DNA of 64,000 nucleotides from Felis catus (taxonomy: Eukaryota): assembly GCF_018350175.1 (NCBI RefSeq), contig NC_058368.1:150538001-150602000 (forward strand), given 5' to 3'. The notes under the pieces were generated by a model. The model saw nothing but the letters and a program-made list of their open reading frames with translations. It was not told the origin of the DNA and searched no databases. How positions within the stretch are numbered: position 1 is the stretch's first letter; the number at the start of each line of letters is the position of its first letter. This document shows positions 1 through 13,557 of this stretch, piece after piece. The translations under genes and the position numbers were made by a program.

Positions 1-859
1 ACACAACACCACCATGTTCAAGAGTGTTATGTAAGAATGCTCCTACTCCATTCTGGTTTCCATGAGGAAGTATTTTTCCCCAAGCACTGACCTTTTGGCC
101 CCAGCTCGCTTTCATCAGGGAGAGAAACTTATCTGTATGTAGGTACAGGGAGAAGTCAGAGACATGCATAGATCCTCTCTACTACAGGAAGTTGGCACTC
201 TGCTCTGCCCCTCCATGCTGGAAGTTGCACAGGGGCAGACCCCGACGTGGGAAGTCCTGTGCTGACCTGGGGCTGCCTTTGGCTGGATGAGCAAGTCTAA
301 CTGTGCAATATAATAACAGGAATCCTATTATTGCCCACATTCTCCAACATCAGCTTTACTGGTAATAAAGGAGACACCTGGGCACTCCGTCTGACTACCT
401 TTTGTTTCATCTCTCCAATAACTCCACACTCAGGCAGGAATAAGGTGTTCCATGCAAATCCCCAAAAGGTAGCATTTACTTCTAAATAAAATATACTTCA
501 GGAGACCAGAATCTAAAGCACTTGCTATAAGACAAAATTCTCCACATAAGCTATTGCCTATTGATTCAAATATTAAAAATATGGATAAAATAAAGAGAAA
601 TGAAATATAGATCTTAATTAACAATCATGGAAAGGAATCACAGAATTCAAGAACATTTTACGAAATATGGCTCTTTCACATAACTCGTTTACTCTCCAAA
701 TACATTCAATCTATCAGTAGTAGCGTCCAAAACTGTCTGTTACATTAAAACTCAAATAATTAGAATAGATGAAAAACATTCTCACCTTTAATATTACTTT
801 TACTTCTTTCTGTAGAAGGGGGGAAAAACTATTCTCCAGCCAGCTAACTAACATTTATT

Positions 860-2000
860 TCTCCAGTACATCCACCAAACATCAACTGAACACCTATCTA
901 CTAATGTCAAGACACTATCTATAAACACTGTGTACACAGACCATCATGGTTCCTACTTTCAAGGAGCATGCAATAAAACTGGGGAGATGGTAACTGTGTA
1001 CACGTACCTAGTATGAGATAGTACTCGCTAAGTCCCATAACAGGTAATAAAAATCACATGGACATTTACAACAAATCACAACTTCTGTCAGAGGATAAAA
1101 GCCTCTCCACACAGGAGGAAGCAAATTAGGTGGCATTTTCATTGCAGATAACAGAGGGAGGCATAAAAGGATGAGCAAATGTGTGGAGTTTGGAAAGCAT
1201 AAGGCAAAGAGCTTTTGGGGAGAAAAGAGAGATGAAACTGAAAAGGTATTTTGGGGCCATATCTGGAGCGGAGCTTCAATCTCAAAGAGAGTTAAAAATG
1301 TTTGGAAAAACTGCTGTGTGGGATGTGCAGTGAGTCAGCAAGAGATGAATAAAAGAAGTGCTGAGCACAAATGACGGCTTGGTTAAAGTGAACGAGCACG
1401 GATGTGCGGCAGACTCAGTCAGCACAGCTTTCTCTAGCAGCACTCTACAGCCCAGCAAGGAAGCAATTGGAAGTTCAAGGTCAGTGGGGAATTTTAGGGA
1501 ATAAGCAAAGGCATTGCTGAATTGGCTGGCCAAGGAGAGCAGGATAGGCCAGAAAGAAATGAAGTCAGAAAGAGGCCAACAGACAAGAGAAAAAGAGCTA
1601 AGGCAAGGTTGTGATTAAAGCGAAGACAGGGTCAGTATGAGTGACAAATTTAGAATGACTGACATGAAAGAGACTTGCTAAGAGGTTGATACACAGAATT
1701 TGAGATTGTGCAGATAGATGATGAGATCCAAGGATGGAGTAGAGTTGAGAATCATCGATGTCGAGGAAGAAAGGAACTGTGGAGTCACCAATGTGACAAT
1801 AAGTGATGGCAGGTTAAATTCAGTGAGCAAGGAAAAGGAGCACTGAGGGGCATGGTATCCCATACCAGCTACACAGAGAGGGTAGTGTGAGACAGCTGTA
1901 AAGAGGAGAGATAGCTGACTTTCAACAGCCAGAACAATAATCTAGAATCGGTAGTGGTGAACAAAGAATGTTGACCCTTTTTTGGTCCTCTAATTTAGTG
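860..2000 (-). mobile_element. Degenerate L2 LINE fragments (approximate bounds)
   Basis: Starts with an L2 3'-end-like antisense motif (catccaccaaacatcaactgaacacctatctactaatgtcaagacact...tcctactttcaaggagc) and continues as purine-rich degenerate sequence typical of antisense L2. Confidence 0.6.
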
Positions 2001-2269
2001 ATAAAGGAAGGGGAAAAATAGAAGTCTGTACTGGGAGGAATTTCATGGAAAATAACATAATTCATGAGAAAGCCAGGTTGACTTGTAGAAGAAAGGTAGA
2101 AAGAGCAGTTGAGAGAAAGAGACAAAATCAACATTAAAACTTTTCCTAAAAATAGGGGAGAAATCACAGAGCATAACCGTAAGACCTGATGCCGCAAAAG
2201 ACAAAGGCCCCCTCCAGGACTCATAAGGGTTGTTCACAAATATTCTGATTCACAAAGCAGATATAAATA

Positions 2270-2540
2270 TGGACTTGCTTTGGCCAATTAAATGTGATCA
2301 AGTAACATGTATCACTTCTGGTAGTTTTGCTAGCTGGTCCACAATTCACCACATTCTCTTGACCTTGGGCAATCGAGAAGCATGAGTCATACTGGAGCCC
2401 TAGCATATGGATCCTTGAAAAGCAGAGCACCTTGCCAACCTACACACGTCATATGGGGGGGAAATAAACATGTGTTGATTTGAGCCCCTGAGATTCGAGA
2501 GATGTTCATTACTACACCCTAACCTCTTCTGAGTGATATG
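2270..2540 (+). mobile_element. Old MaLR (MLT1-type) LTR fragment
   Basis: 3' end gaaataaacatgtgttgatttgagcccctgagattcgagagatgttcattactaca resembles the MLT1 LTR terminus. Confidence 0.55.
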
Positions 2541-3320
2541 CAACGCAAGTAACTAGAACCAAGAAGCTTTTTTAGAAAGTTCTTGAGATTGTACTCATGA
2601 TTCTCATAAAATACAGCCATACTTACAAATCACAACATTTCCACCAAAATAGAAAGAAGTATGAGAGCTTAGGCAAGAATATTCCAAGATTAGCAAACGC
2701 TAGTTGTTCATTGATAGTTTAGGACAAGCAGCAGCCCTTGGAACCTATAGTCTCCTTTTCCAACCCCACTGCTACCCAATCTATTAGAATCACTAAGCCA
2801 TTGCTATAGGCTTCAGGGAGAATGCAGATGAAAGAGGCCACTCTTGGGGAAAGACTTGGTCTGAGCTGAAGACAGAGAAAAGAGCAGAGGGGAATAATTT
2901 GTGCAAGTGTACAAAAGTGTGCAACAACTGTGGATAGTGTGCAAGAGAATAAATGAGAAGTTAGCAAGACTTGGTGGGAGGCTCACTAGACATAGACTCT
3001 AGACTCTCAGAGTCAGAAAGGTGGCCAGGACTCATCTAATCAGTATTTGTCAATATGGCAATGATAAGAAGGCAGAATTTACTGATTGGAGGTTTCAGGA
3101 GCTGACGGGATGGACCAGCTCCAATCTTAGATGGGCAACCTGCTGTTTAGTTTTGTTTTTGTTTCTAACTGTATTTAGTTTTCACGGACTGGGAGAAATG
3201 GTGAGCAGGATTTGTGCGCCCTGGGACGGTTCCAGTTACACCTGCCAATACCTATAGAAAATTCATCAATTCACAACATTTTGATTTTTTTAAAATAGCC
3301 TTGCAGTGACAATACCTCCT

Positions 3321-3474
3321 TTGGACACACAACCAAAGCAGTAATTCCAGCTCTGCCATAAAAATAGGGAAGAAAGAATACCCAGGAGTTCCAGGACATA
3401 ATTGTCCAGCGGGACATGCGTGTTCTACTTGTTTTCGTGTGGAAATACGACTACATTGTTTCCTTCCTTCTCCT
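3321..3474. repeat. Diverged direct repeat, copy 1 (~154 bp)
   Basis: Aligns by eye with 4678-4831 with about 19-20 differences (~87% identity). Confidence 0.95.
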
Positions 3475-4677
3475 ACGTATCTTCCTTTGTCCATTTGTAA
3501 GCAACTTTCTTAGACCTGCTCCAATTTCCACGCCCTTGGTCCCTGGTTCTGATGGCACAGATGTTTGGTGAGGTGCCGGTTCCCACCCGCTCTGGGATGA
3601 TTCCAGCAGAAAGTGGCAGACTCCCAAGCGGGACAGTCTCACTCAGAGCTGCCATTACGGCTTATAATATATGGTACACTAATGACTTCGTGACACTGTT
3701 ACTCCTTTTCTTAGCTTCTCAAAGGACACCTGGCTCAACCAAACGACTAGCTTATTTTGTCACACTGTAGGTCATCGCAACCCTTAGAAACAGAATTGAA
3801 GAGAGGAAGGAGCACCGTGCAATTGTCACACCATTAGTCCCAGCCCGGGGAAACTCTATGCTACTGAAGTCCAGAGATGCAAAAGAGACTGCTGGGAAGG
3901 TTGGCTGCCTTCTTAGCTTTGACCAGGATAATTCCAGAGCCTATGGCTTCTCGTAATAAGGTTTCAAATTGGCAGCATTGAGATGTATGTATTTTTTTTG
4001 ACAGTTTTCTTTAGGCTACACTAAAGGCACTTGGGAATTAACACTATAGGCCACAACCTAGAAGATAAAATGAGACTCGTTTGTGCATTTTACGGAGATG
4101 TGTATCAGTGAGGGAAAAAAAGGAGTTAGAGAAAATTTTGCATTTGAAGATCCTGAATGAGCATCACATATCTATTACTGTTACCATCAGATTATTTTCC
4201 ATTTATTTAGCATTTTCAAAGCCAAACACTATACCACGGGGTTTCTTTTGTTGACTTTACACCTTCTCTTTTTTTAAATGAGTGGGGTCTGACATCTTAA
4301 TTATACAGACTATTTCCACTCCTTTTTCATTTAAATTCCACTTAGTTGGGCATAAGGAGTACCACTTCCATTTAAACAGATTAATGGAGTTTTGGTAACT
4401 CGGCCAGTTTTACTCAGAACAGGCCTAAGTCAGACATATGTGCTGCCAACTCAGAAAGAATTTTTATTTGGAAATTACGGCTTTGGGTAGATAAGATTTT
4501 TTTTCCAACTCTTACATAATACTTGCCTTTGACATACCATCACTTGTTCTATGCATTTTTGTAATATAAAACCTGGGCTATGGTTAAGTGTTACCCAGGC
4601 AAAAAATTACAGAACTCTGCACACAGTATGAGACCTCTTCTCTTTCATTATCAGTTCAAGGTACATCCCAGGAGGAA

Positions 4678-4831
4678 TTGGCACACAACCTAAGCGGTAA
4701 TTTCAGCTCAGCCACAAAAAGAGGGAAGAAAGGATACCCAGGATTTCCAGGACATAATTGTGCAGTGGGACACACATGTTCTATTTGTTTTCATGTGGAA
4801 ATACAACTACATTGTTCACCTTCCTCCTCCT
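4678..4831. repeat. Diverged direct repeat, copy 2 (~154 bp)
   Basis: Same-orientation copy of 3321-3474; shared core tacccagga.ttccaggacataattgt and tgtggaaatac.actacattgtt. Confidence 0.95.
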
Positions 4832-5182
4832 GCCCCATGAGAAGAATAAAAACACAAACATTTCCATTCTCTAAGGAACATTTAATGAAAATTGAACCCT
4901 ACACAAACTTGAAGAAGTGGACAACCCCTGCACTTGATTCTGGTTCTAGGCTTTATGCGCCAGCAAAGTCTATTGAGACAGACAATGAAGAAAATAAGTC
5001 ATTTTAAGACTGAAGGGCCTCAACCCTAGACTCGAGGAAGAGGGCCTAGTGCCCAAAAGGACAGGGAGGGGAAGTGAATTGAACAGTGTCTGCTTGCAGA
5101 CGTGCTAGAATGCCCTGGATTGTCAAGGGAGAGAAGCCTTCACTGCCAACCACCCGGTCCAACCCACTCCAGCCAGACCACC

Positions 5183-5628
5183 TGTATTACTTTCCTGTGG
5201 CTGCTGTAACAAGTTACCACAAAAGCACAAGTTGATTTTCTTACAGTTCTGGAAATCAGAACTCTCAAGGAAATCAGACAGGGGTAAAACCAAGTCAGGG
5301 CTAGTTTCTTCTGGAGGCTCTAAGGGAGAATTCTGGTCCTTGCCTTTTCCAGCCTCTAGAGGCTGTTCTCTAGAGAACACATTGCCTGTTCTCTCCCTGC
5401 TTCTATCATGGCATTACCCCCCACCTTTGACCTTCTGCCCTCCCTATTCTAAAGAGCCTTGTGATTATATTTAGGGCCCATTTGGCTAATCCAGCATAAC
5501 CTCCCCGTCACAAGATCTTTAATCCAATCACATCTACAAAGCCTCTTTTGCCATGTAAGGCAAACACACACAGGTTCCAGGGATTAGCATGTCCTTATCT
5601 TTGGGAGGCCATTTTTCAGCTTACAACA
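5183..5628 (-). mobile_element. MaLR solo LTR (MLT1C/D-like)
   Basis: TG...CA ends; tgtattactttcctgtggctgctgtaacaagttaccac, ttctggaggctctaagggagaat, gattatatttagggccca are characteristic antisense MLT1 motifs. Confidence 0.85.
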
Positions 5629-7989
5629 CATTCCCTGCGGCTGCTCCATCCTCTGGTACCTGAGAACACTGCACCCTTTCTTACCCACCACCTCTCCCAG
5701 TGGCCACCCTGCTCAAGTGTCTGCCTGTGTCAATAGACTGGTTGTTTTTTCAAAGCACCACTGTTTTTGGTTTCAGGACAGGCATAAGAAAGGGGTGATC
5801 CCCTTCCTATGGGAATAGGAATCCCCACTGCCACCCCCAAATACACACAGTACTCGGGAAGTATTCCTAAACTCAAAACGTGGGAACTGGGACTTGCAAC
5901 AGAATGGTAGAGGAGAAGCAATAACCCTGTATCTGGCACGGAGTGGGAACACAAAACGCAACAAGCTTAAGATCCCTGAGCTGATGTTGGGGGGAAAAGC
6001 CAATTTCAATCCCCTTGAACCTCAGGAATGATGTCCATTGATGAGGGCGACTAAGTGGTAGCGACGTAATTACAAGAGAAACACCGTAGTGTGCATGCTC
6101 ATGTCCAGGATCTCCCTAGTCTATTAGTTGGTGACTGATTTAAATACTTGCAAATTATTTAACTGGAATAATGCACGTTCTCCAGGAGGAGGAAAATGAT
6201 TCTCTTTCTATAGCTGGTTATACAGAAAAACTAAACCATTTAATGCCCGCCCAGACCAGTTCGTGGCATTGCTGCTTATGAGGTTTGATAGGCCCAGCAG
6301 CAGTGTAAAACTATTCACAGATTTCCATGTCATCTAATCCCTTCATGGCCGGGATAGGAGCGCCTTGCTCCTTACCTCAGAGAGGTGTAAATCTGAAGCA
6401 CGAGTGAGCTACCATTACAATGATACCAGATCCTTTAGAAGCTCAACACTCAAGAAAGATGTGGAAAAGGTTATGTTTGAAGACAATACACAGCACGGGC
6501 ATCTTACAGTAAATTTTATTAGGTTTTTAAAGAGAATTATAGATGATAATGGATCTGTGGAATAATGGATAGTCCCAGAGGAACTACAAAGCTGTGATGC
6601 ACATGAAGGTCTCCAGTAATGCTGTAAACAGTGAAAGTGTGGGCCCAGCAGTTTATGAATAGCCCGTGTGCTCAAAGAAGAAATTCAGCTTCATATTAAA
6701 GTTGATATAATCTACTGGTATTTAATTCTCAGTAATGATTTTTATTGATTTCCATATTTTAGTAATGCAAGCAAATAAAATGCCTTAGAACCTCAGAGAC
6801 ACTATTATGGAAAGAAAAGTAGTTTTATTCTTATAACTAGGTTATCGTGATAGCCTTTCATTCATTCCCTCATTCAGCCAAAGAATCTTTTCTTAGTGCC
6901 TTGTCTCATGATTGAGAATTGTGGTTATCAATCACACGATTGATAAATAATGATAATCATTTAATCATCTATAGTTTTACAATTTACATGGCACTTTTTA
7001 AACAACTCTAAAATAGGTATTTTTTTCCATCACTTTATGGATGGGGAAACAAAAAGTTCACATAGTCAAGTGTCTTCCCAAAGGTCCCACAGTCTTGGGG
7101 AACTGGCAGAGTTCCCCAAGAATCTGCAACTATCTTCCCAGGCTCCTGGGAAACTCATAAATCACATTTACTGGAAAATTACCCCTTACCTATGCCTCTC
7201 CTCAAACCAAAAAACTACCTTTTCAACCTTCATCTAAAATTTTATCTTTCGATTAACAGCCATTTTCCACAATGGAGCACAGCTTTTAATGAGTTCACCA
7301 AACTTACTGCTCTATTACAACAAAGAAATAACAGGGAAGCCTCGCTGAGGTCTAGACATGGCAGTGCGTGACTCACTTCCCCGTGAGAAATTCACTACTG
7401 CACTCCCACTCTGCGGCATTCCAGATTTGGATTGCACCTCAGCAATGTTAAAAATGCCTTTGAATTGGACCTTTGTGGGCTTCTGTGAGTAATCAAAACT
7501 CAAATGTTAAGTCCATAAGCGGTCAGGTTCTACAGGGTACAGAAAATGCTGAGAAAGTTAAGAGAAAAGAGAAATCCCAGTTGATGGAGGGAAAATGAGC
7601 CAGCTTCATGTGGAAGACAGCTGTAAGGGCCGAGCACCAGTGTCTAAGCTGGCCCTTCATGGGAACCTGCAAAAGAGATTCCAAGAGGAGGAAATACCAT
7701 GAGCTAAGCTGTGAACACAGGGACGAGTTGGGTCTGTTCAGGGTTCATTAAATAGCCAAAGGACAATAAAGCAGAAAACAAAAGAAGGAGCTGGATTATA
7801 CTGTATTCGCTAGTAATAGAGTTACTGAAAGTTCAAGACCAGGGTGATGACTTTTTCTTTAGAAATATACTCAGGAAAGTACATTTAGCAGAAATGCAGA
7901 ATGGATTTAAATACCTACCCGAGAGCTCTCCCAACCTTCCTCTTTCTCACCAACAAACATAGAGATCAAAAATAGCAGATATTCACTAA

Positions 7990-8370
7990 CCTGTCTACAC
8001 TTACACTAGGGCAGAGGAAAGTGACCCAGCCCTGGTTAATAAGATGTACAGAGAATTCTTCCAAGAGTTACCTGGGAAAGCTTTTCTCCCTGGATAAAAC
8101 ACGTGGGGAGAAATCCTGCCCACTCCCTTCCTGCCAATTAAATGCTCTTATGTGAGGACCTGACGCTTGGAGATGCTGCAGCCATATTGTAACCATGGGG
8201 GAAAAGTCAAGGAAGTCACAGAATACCAATCCAGAGACCTGATATTGCTGGACTATTACAGCAACGCTGGATCTTAGGATCTTCTTGCTGTGGGAGGAAA
8301 ATTAAGTCCCTGTCATTTAAGCTACTTCTGGTTTGTTTTTCTATTTGCTTCAGCCAAAAGCAGCCTGATC
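7990..8370 (+). mobile_element. Old MaLR LTR (MLT1J/K-like)
   Basis: tgtgaggacctgacgcttggagatgctgcagccatattgtaaccatg and terminal tttaagctact...tttgcttcagccaaaagca match old MLT1 motifs. Confidence 0.65.
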
Positions 8371-10117
8371 CCAGAAGCATAATGATGCTGGCGAAAGGTA
8401 ATGACTACCTGGATGGTGTCAATGGTTCTGGAAGTAATAGGATGTATGCAAGATGAATATATGAGGTAAAATAAAAATCTCATGGACCAGCTGGCAACAT
8501 TGTATATAAATTCTCTCATAGCAAAACTAAGAAACTTCAACCCATAACAGATGAGTTTTGTTTTTTAAACTTGGCAAGTAAAATAAGTGTAAATGTGTGG
8601 CTAAGGAGACCTGGATACAACTAAGTGTAACCGAGATGTTAACTCAGGTGGTAACCTGAAATATGATCATTAAAGGAACTTGTAATCTGATTGGTTGTAT
8701 CATGCTGCCTGAATTAAAAAAAAAAAAAATCCCAAATTAGAGTACAAGGACAGCAGTCTACAACAGAAAGCCAGAGAAGAATGAGTCAGGGTTTATCCAA
8801 CCCTACCTGAGGACAGGGTCCTGGACCTAGAGGCTGTGGGCAGATCTTGGGCCACACTTGGAAGATGTTGACTTCACCAAGCAATTGACATCCTGCAGAC
8901 ATTATCTGGGGATGGAGGAAAAAGTTGGCCTTATACTATGATATACTAAATGAGTTCTCCCAAATCCCCTCAAATTAAATGCACAGAATAAGAGGAAGAG
9001 AATGAATGAAACTTAGCCCAAAGTCTTTGGGCTGGTTACTACAGAATGGCAATTTAAATAACAAATAGGGAATACTGAAAGGGAAAAAAATGGATTGAAA
9101 AATTAAACCTGGTTGGGGCCATGTCAAGTTTTAAAGGCAAATAAGGATACAACATATAGATCCCTGGAAGGTGACTAGAAATGCAAGCCTGGAGCTTATG
9201 AGGAAATGCTGATTAAAGACAGACCAATTTTACCTGAGGCTATAAAATAATTCCGACTGCTAAAACAACACAATGGAAAGCCAGGGTAGAAGATGCTGCC
9301 CAAATTTGTTGAATATCTACCATGTGCTGGCCACACCATTAAGAGTAACACATGTTATCAAATTTAACTTCAAAACACCCCTATACAGAAAAAATTAAAA
9401 ATTCCATTTATAGGATAGCATACACCTGTTCAGAGAACTTAAACATCATACCCAAGGTGCAAGGTATAACCAGAATTCTAATGCCAGTAAAAAAGCAAAA
9501 GCCTCTATACATTGCTTTTTCAAATGCACACGTTAAAACACTTAGTTGTAAAACTGCTAAAATGCTTATTCTTATTTTAATTTATATCCTTACAAAAGCA
9601 TTCTTGTGAGACTCAAAGCATAAATATAAACTTTGATGAATAGTGTAGAAAAGGTATTATTCTCCCAATTTTACATTTAGGGAAACATACAGAAGGTCAT
9701 AGACAAAACCACTCAGTGAATAATGAGCCCAATACTAACATGTGATAAATGTTACTATCTCCTCATCTATGTGGGGAATGGAAGCTACTAAGAGCCCGGT
9801 ACTCTCAACAAGTCTGCAATATAATTGGAGAGGTTATATACATATGTTTATGAAAATTAACAGTACATACCAGATAGTGTAGGATTAACTTTTAAAGTCA
9901 GATACTCACATTTTTCAACATAATTATTTTCCCAGCAAATCACTCTTGCTTTTAAATTTTCTCCATAAATAAGTCATCAAACACCAAGATATTTAATAAT
10001 ACACTCTCTAAGCAAGCATACTCAAATTTGTATTATTTCTCATGTACTACATTCACAAGAGTCTAATATATTGATAAAATCACGTTTTCATGAAGTATTT
10101 GCTTTTACCCATGCCAT

Positions 10118-10336
10118 ACATTTTTATTTATTTTGAGAGAGAGAGAGTGAGAGAGAGAGAGAGCACGTGTGGGAGGGGCAGAGAGACAGGAAGAGAGAGA
10201 ATCCCAAGCAGGCTCCTCACTGTCTGCACTGTCAGCACAGAGCCTCACATGGGACTTGAAGTCACAAACTGCGAGATCATGACCTGAGACAAAATCAAGA
10301 GTTGGACGCTTAACCAACTGAGCCACCCAGGCACCC
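10118..10336 (-). mobile_element. CanSINE (tRNA-derived carnivore SINE)
   Basis: Antisense head ...ctgagccacccaggcaccc, (GA)n linker, 14 bp TSD tttacccatgccat at 10104-10117 and 10337-10350. Confidence 0.97.
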
Positions 10337-10950
10337 TTTACCCATGCCATGCTTACTTACCTAATTATCCTTATTTACTTTTATGATAGCACCGCTAGGT
10401 AACTGATTCAACATGTCAGGATATATGCACCTGAAGCATGCTAGATATCATGCTAGGCTCTGGACATAGGAAGAGGAGTAGAATATTGTTCTCACTCCCA
10501 CGGGGCTCACAATATCATAGTGAGAACACAAGGTACACAATTACCAAGTTGCTCACTAGAAACATACTCCATGAGTTTACAGCAAAATGTTATGTTTGCA
10601 CTAAATATATTTTAACTTGCTAAAAGGAGAAAAAAAAGGAATTATTTAACTCAAGGAAATTCCAGACTTCTGATTGGAACCAATATTAATGAGATGCTAA
10701 ATGAAATTCTCCCCAATGTATAAAACTAGAATCTTTTGGTATATTTTCCACCAGACTAAAATAAAAAATATATACAAGAAAAAGCTTTACCATCTTTATA
10801 CAGTATCTTGAATCAATCCCTAATAAACATGACGGTGTATTTTCATTTTGAAATACATTCACTTAACAACTTTTAAGGTGTAAACACAATCAAATGTGTA
10901 CACATGTGAAACCAGAAAATCTGAAAAAGATAAATTAGAAAATAGTTAAC

Positions 10951-11502
10951 ATATTATTTAGCTATGAGAAAGAAGGAAATCTTCCATTTGCAATAACATG
11001 GATGGAGCTCAAGGGCGTTGTACTAAGTGAAATGAGTCAGACAGAGAAAGACAAACACTGTGTGATATCATTTATATGTAGAATCTAAAAAAAATCAAAC
11101 TCAGAGAAACAGAGAAGCATATAGAACAGAGAAGAACATAGAACACCAGAAGGGTAGTTACTTGGGGCTGAGGGGTGAGGGAAATGGGGAGAAGTTGGTC
11201 AGAGAGTACAAACTTCCAGTGATAAGATGTATAAGTAGGAAGATCTAATATACAGCATGGTGATTATACTTAACAATACTGTATTATATACTTGAAAATT
11301 GCTAATAGAGTAGATCTTAAATGTTCTTGCTACAAAAAGAAATGGTAATTATGTGATATGATAGAGATGTTAGTTAATGTTTCAATATGGTGATAATCAT
11401 TTTATAATATAGAAGTTGATCAAATCAACACGTTGTACACTTTAAATTTACACAATGTTATACATCAATTATATCTCAACAAAGCTGAGGGAAGAAAGGA
11501 AA
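10951..11502 (+). mobile_element. 5'-truncated L1 3' end (L1MA-like)
   Basis: gaaggaaatcttccatttgcaataacatggatggagct...ctaagtgaaatgagtcagacagagaaagacaa...caattatatctcaacaaagct; TSD-like agaaaatagt(t)taac at 10937-10950 and 11503-11517. Confidence 0.9.
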
Positions 11503-13457
11503 AGAAAATAGTTTAACCAATGAAAAATTTACAGGCATCAAGAACGTTGAGGATAATATAAAAGCAGGATGCTGTGAATACATTCATCATACAAATATTA
11601 AAAGATATAGCTAAGCACCTTCAAGTTGCTGATAAATATTCTAGAGATATTTCACACCAGATGTAGTCCCCATCTTTATAATCAAAGAAAAACTCTCCTT
11701 AAACTCTAATAGAAGTGTCCATGTAGTAATAGGAAAACAGTATTCTACCATTAACTCATGCCACACTTGAAAATTGGTTTTAGCATGATTTTTAAGTTTC
11801 TTTCAAAGAGGGAAAACCCAGGAGGGCTCTAATAGAGGTGTTTGAAACATTCATACAGTAAAATAACATGATAAATATCCCTTTCTCTTCCCCTGCGTCC
11901 TCTCCTCTCCTTTTTCAATAGACTGAATGCTTTGGATATCTTTGATATTGGTTGAATCTGTTCAAAATAAGAATAAAGAAACCTGATAAAAATTATTTAC
12001 ACTAAATTGTTAAGAGTAGACAACAGCAGGGAAAAAAATATGCTCAACGTAGAAATGAACTATTTAAGGTGGAGTTTAAGGAAACAATGGGAAACATCTC
12101 TGTTGAGACACTTTCAGGGTACCCTCTTAATAATTCCCACATATGTAATTGCCTTTTATACCAATAAACAAGGACTACCCTCCTCCAAAAATATAAAAGT
12201 TTGAAAAATGAATAGCTCTTTCTATCCCACAACATTCAAAGAGAACCAGCCAGAAAAATTGAAGCAACATAATTATGACTGTTATAGTTCTTAGATTTCC
12301 TTAAACAGTCTCAATAATAAATATCTTTTCCATTGTTGTAAATAATAGTAATGATGATGATAACAATGCCAAGGAAATGTCAGAATGTTGGCCAGTTTCC
12401 CAGACTACCTCTCATACCTTGAAGAAACAAACAAGCAAAAAAAGTCATCTGTATCTTAGGTATTCCAGTTGAGGCTTAAGAATATCTCTCACCATATGTG
12501 AGTTATACAGTAGAAATTACAGTTCAGAAAATTATGGAAAATTCAGCCAATCACATCATGGTCCTCCATTTTATTCATGGTGGTCATACAGACAGTTCAT
12601 GGACCAGTAGTCCCAGAACTCCACCTAAAGAGCACCATAAAAATGTGACCCTCAGATTCTGACTAGGTCTCTTTTGAATTATTATGGTTAATTACGGTGA
12701 ATGCATGCTCAATTATTAAAGTTCAACACTGAATGAAGTATCATAAATCAAGGACCCAAACAAAAAAAGGCTTGTGCACCCAGAACATAGCCAATAGAGA
12801 CTGTGACACTTGAGACTAGTGCCCGGTTTAATCTTCATTAATGGCCTAATAGTAAGGAGAGATAGGACAAACTGATAACTCAAGTGGAAAACATTGTAAA
12901 AAATTTGAAAAGAAGTTGTACCTAACACAAGAGAGAGAAAGGGAAGGAGAATTCAGGAAATAAAAGAGGAACAGGTTTCTTTCAAGAGAAAATTAAGACC
13001 AACCCATCAGCAGAAAAATGATTGTGCACTGAAGGTAATCCAAAGAAAGGGAAAGGTAGGAAACAATGCACTAAATGGTGGAATAGATGAGCTTCATATG
13101 CTAACAAACCCCATACCCCAAAGTCCTTTCCCTTCTATTACTCATTCAACTATTTATTGACTCCTTTTAGAATGCTCAGTATCCTTTCAGGTTGTATTTC
13201 TCACCTCCTATTTATTCTGCACTTTTAAAGGTGGAGAGTGGAGGAAAGGGATGGGAAAAGGAGAGTATCATAAATAAAATTTCATTAGACGCCCACCTTA
13301 TAAAAGTCAAGTGAAAAGACAAGTGTAAGTTGTATCTCTGATCCAAGGTAACCACTTGGAAAGTAAAGTGTTCAAATGATCAGTTGTTTTATCTGTGTAG
13401 AGCCAAATTCAGGTAAAAAGTGTGAATTTCCTCCATGACACATGGGTGCAAGAAGCA

Positions 13458-13458
<1 letters not shown>

Positions 13459-13529
<71 letters not shown>

Positions 13530-13557
13530 GAGACAGAGACAGAGACACAGAGAGAGA
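13459..13557. repeat. Compound microsatellite (TG)18(AG)15 followed by ACAGAG-type units
   Basis: Read directly from sequence. Confidence 0.97.

Noticed and set aside
4588..5007. 139 aa ORF spanning duplicate copy 2
   Set aside because: Non-ATG start, no recognisable homology and no convincing splice sites bounding the duplicated part.
5792..5826. Small hairpin TTCCTAT-GGGA-ATAGGAA next to GGGGTGATCCCC
   Set aside because: A 7 bp stem is expected by chance in 64 kb and has no supporting context.
6340..6420. Strong minus-strand donor GAG|GTAAGG at ~6375
   Set aside because: Lies in MIR-like sequence with no convincing acceptor or reading frame.
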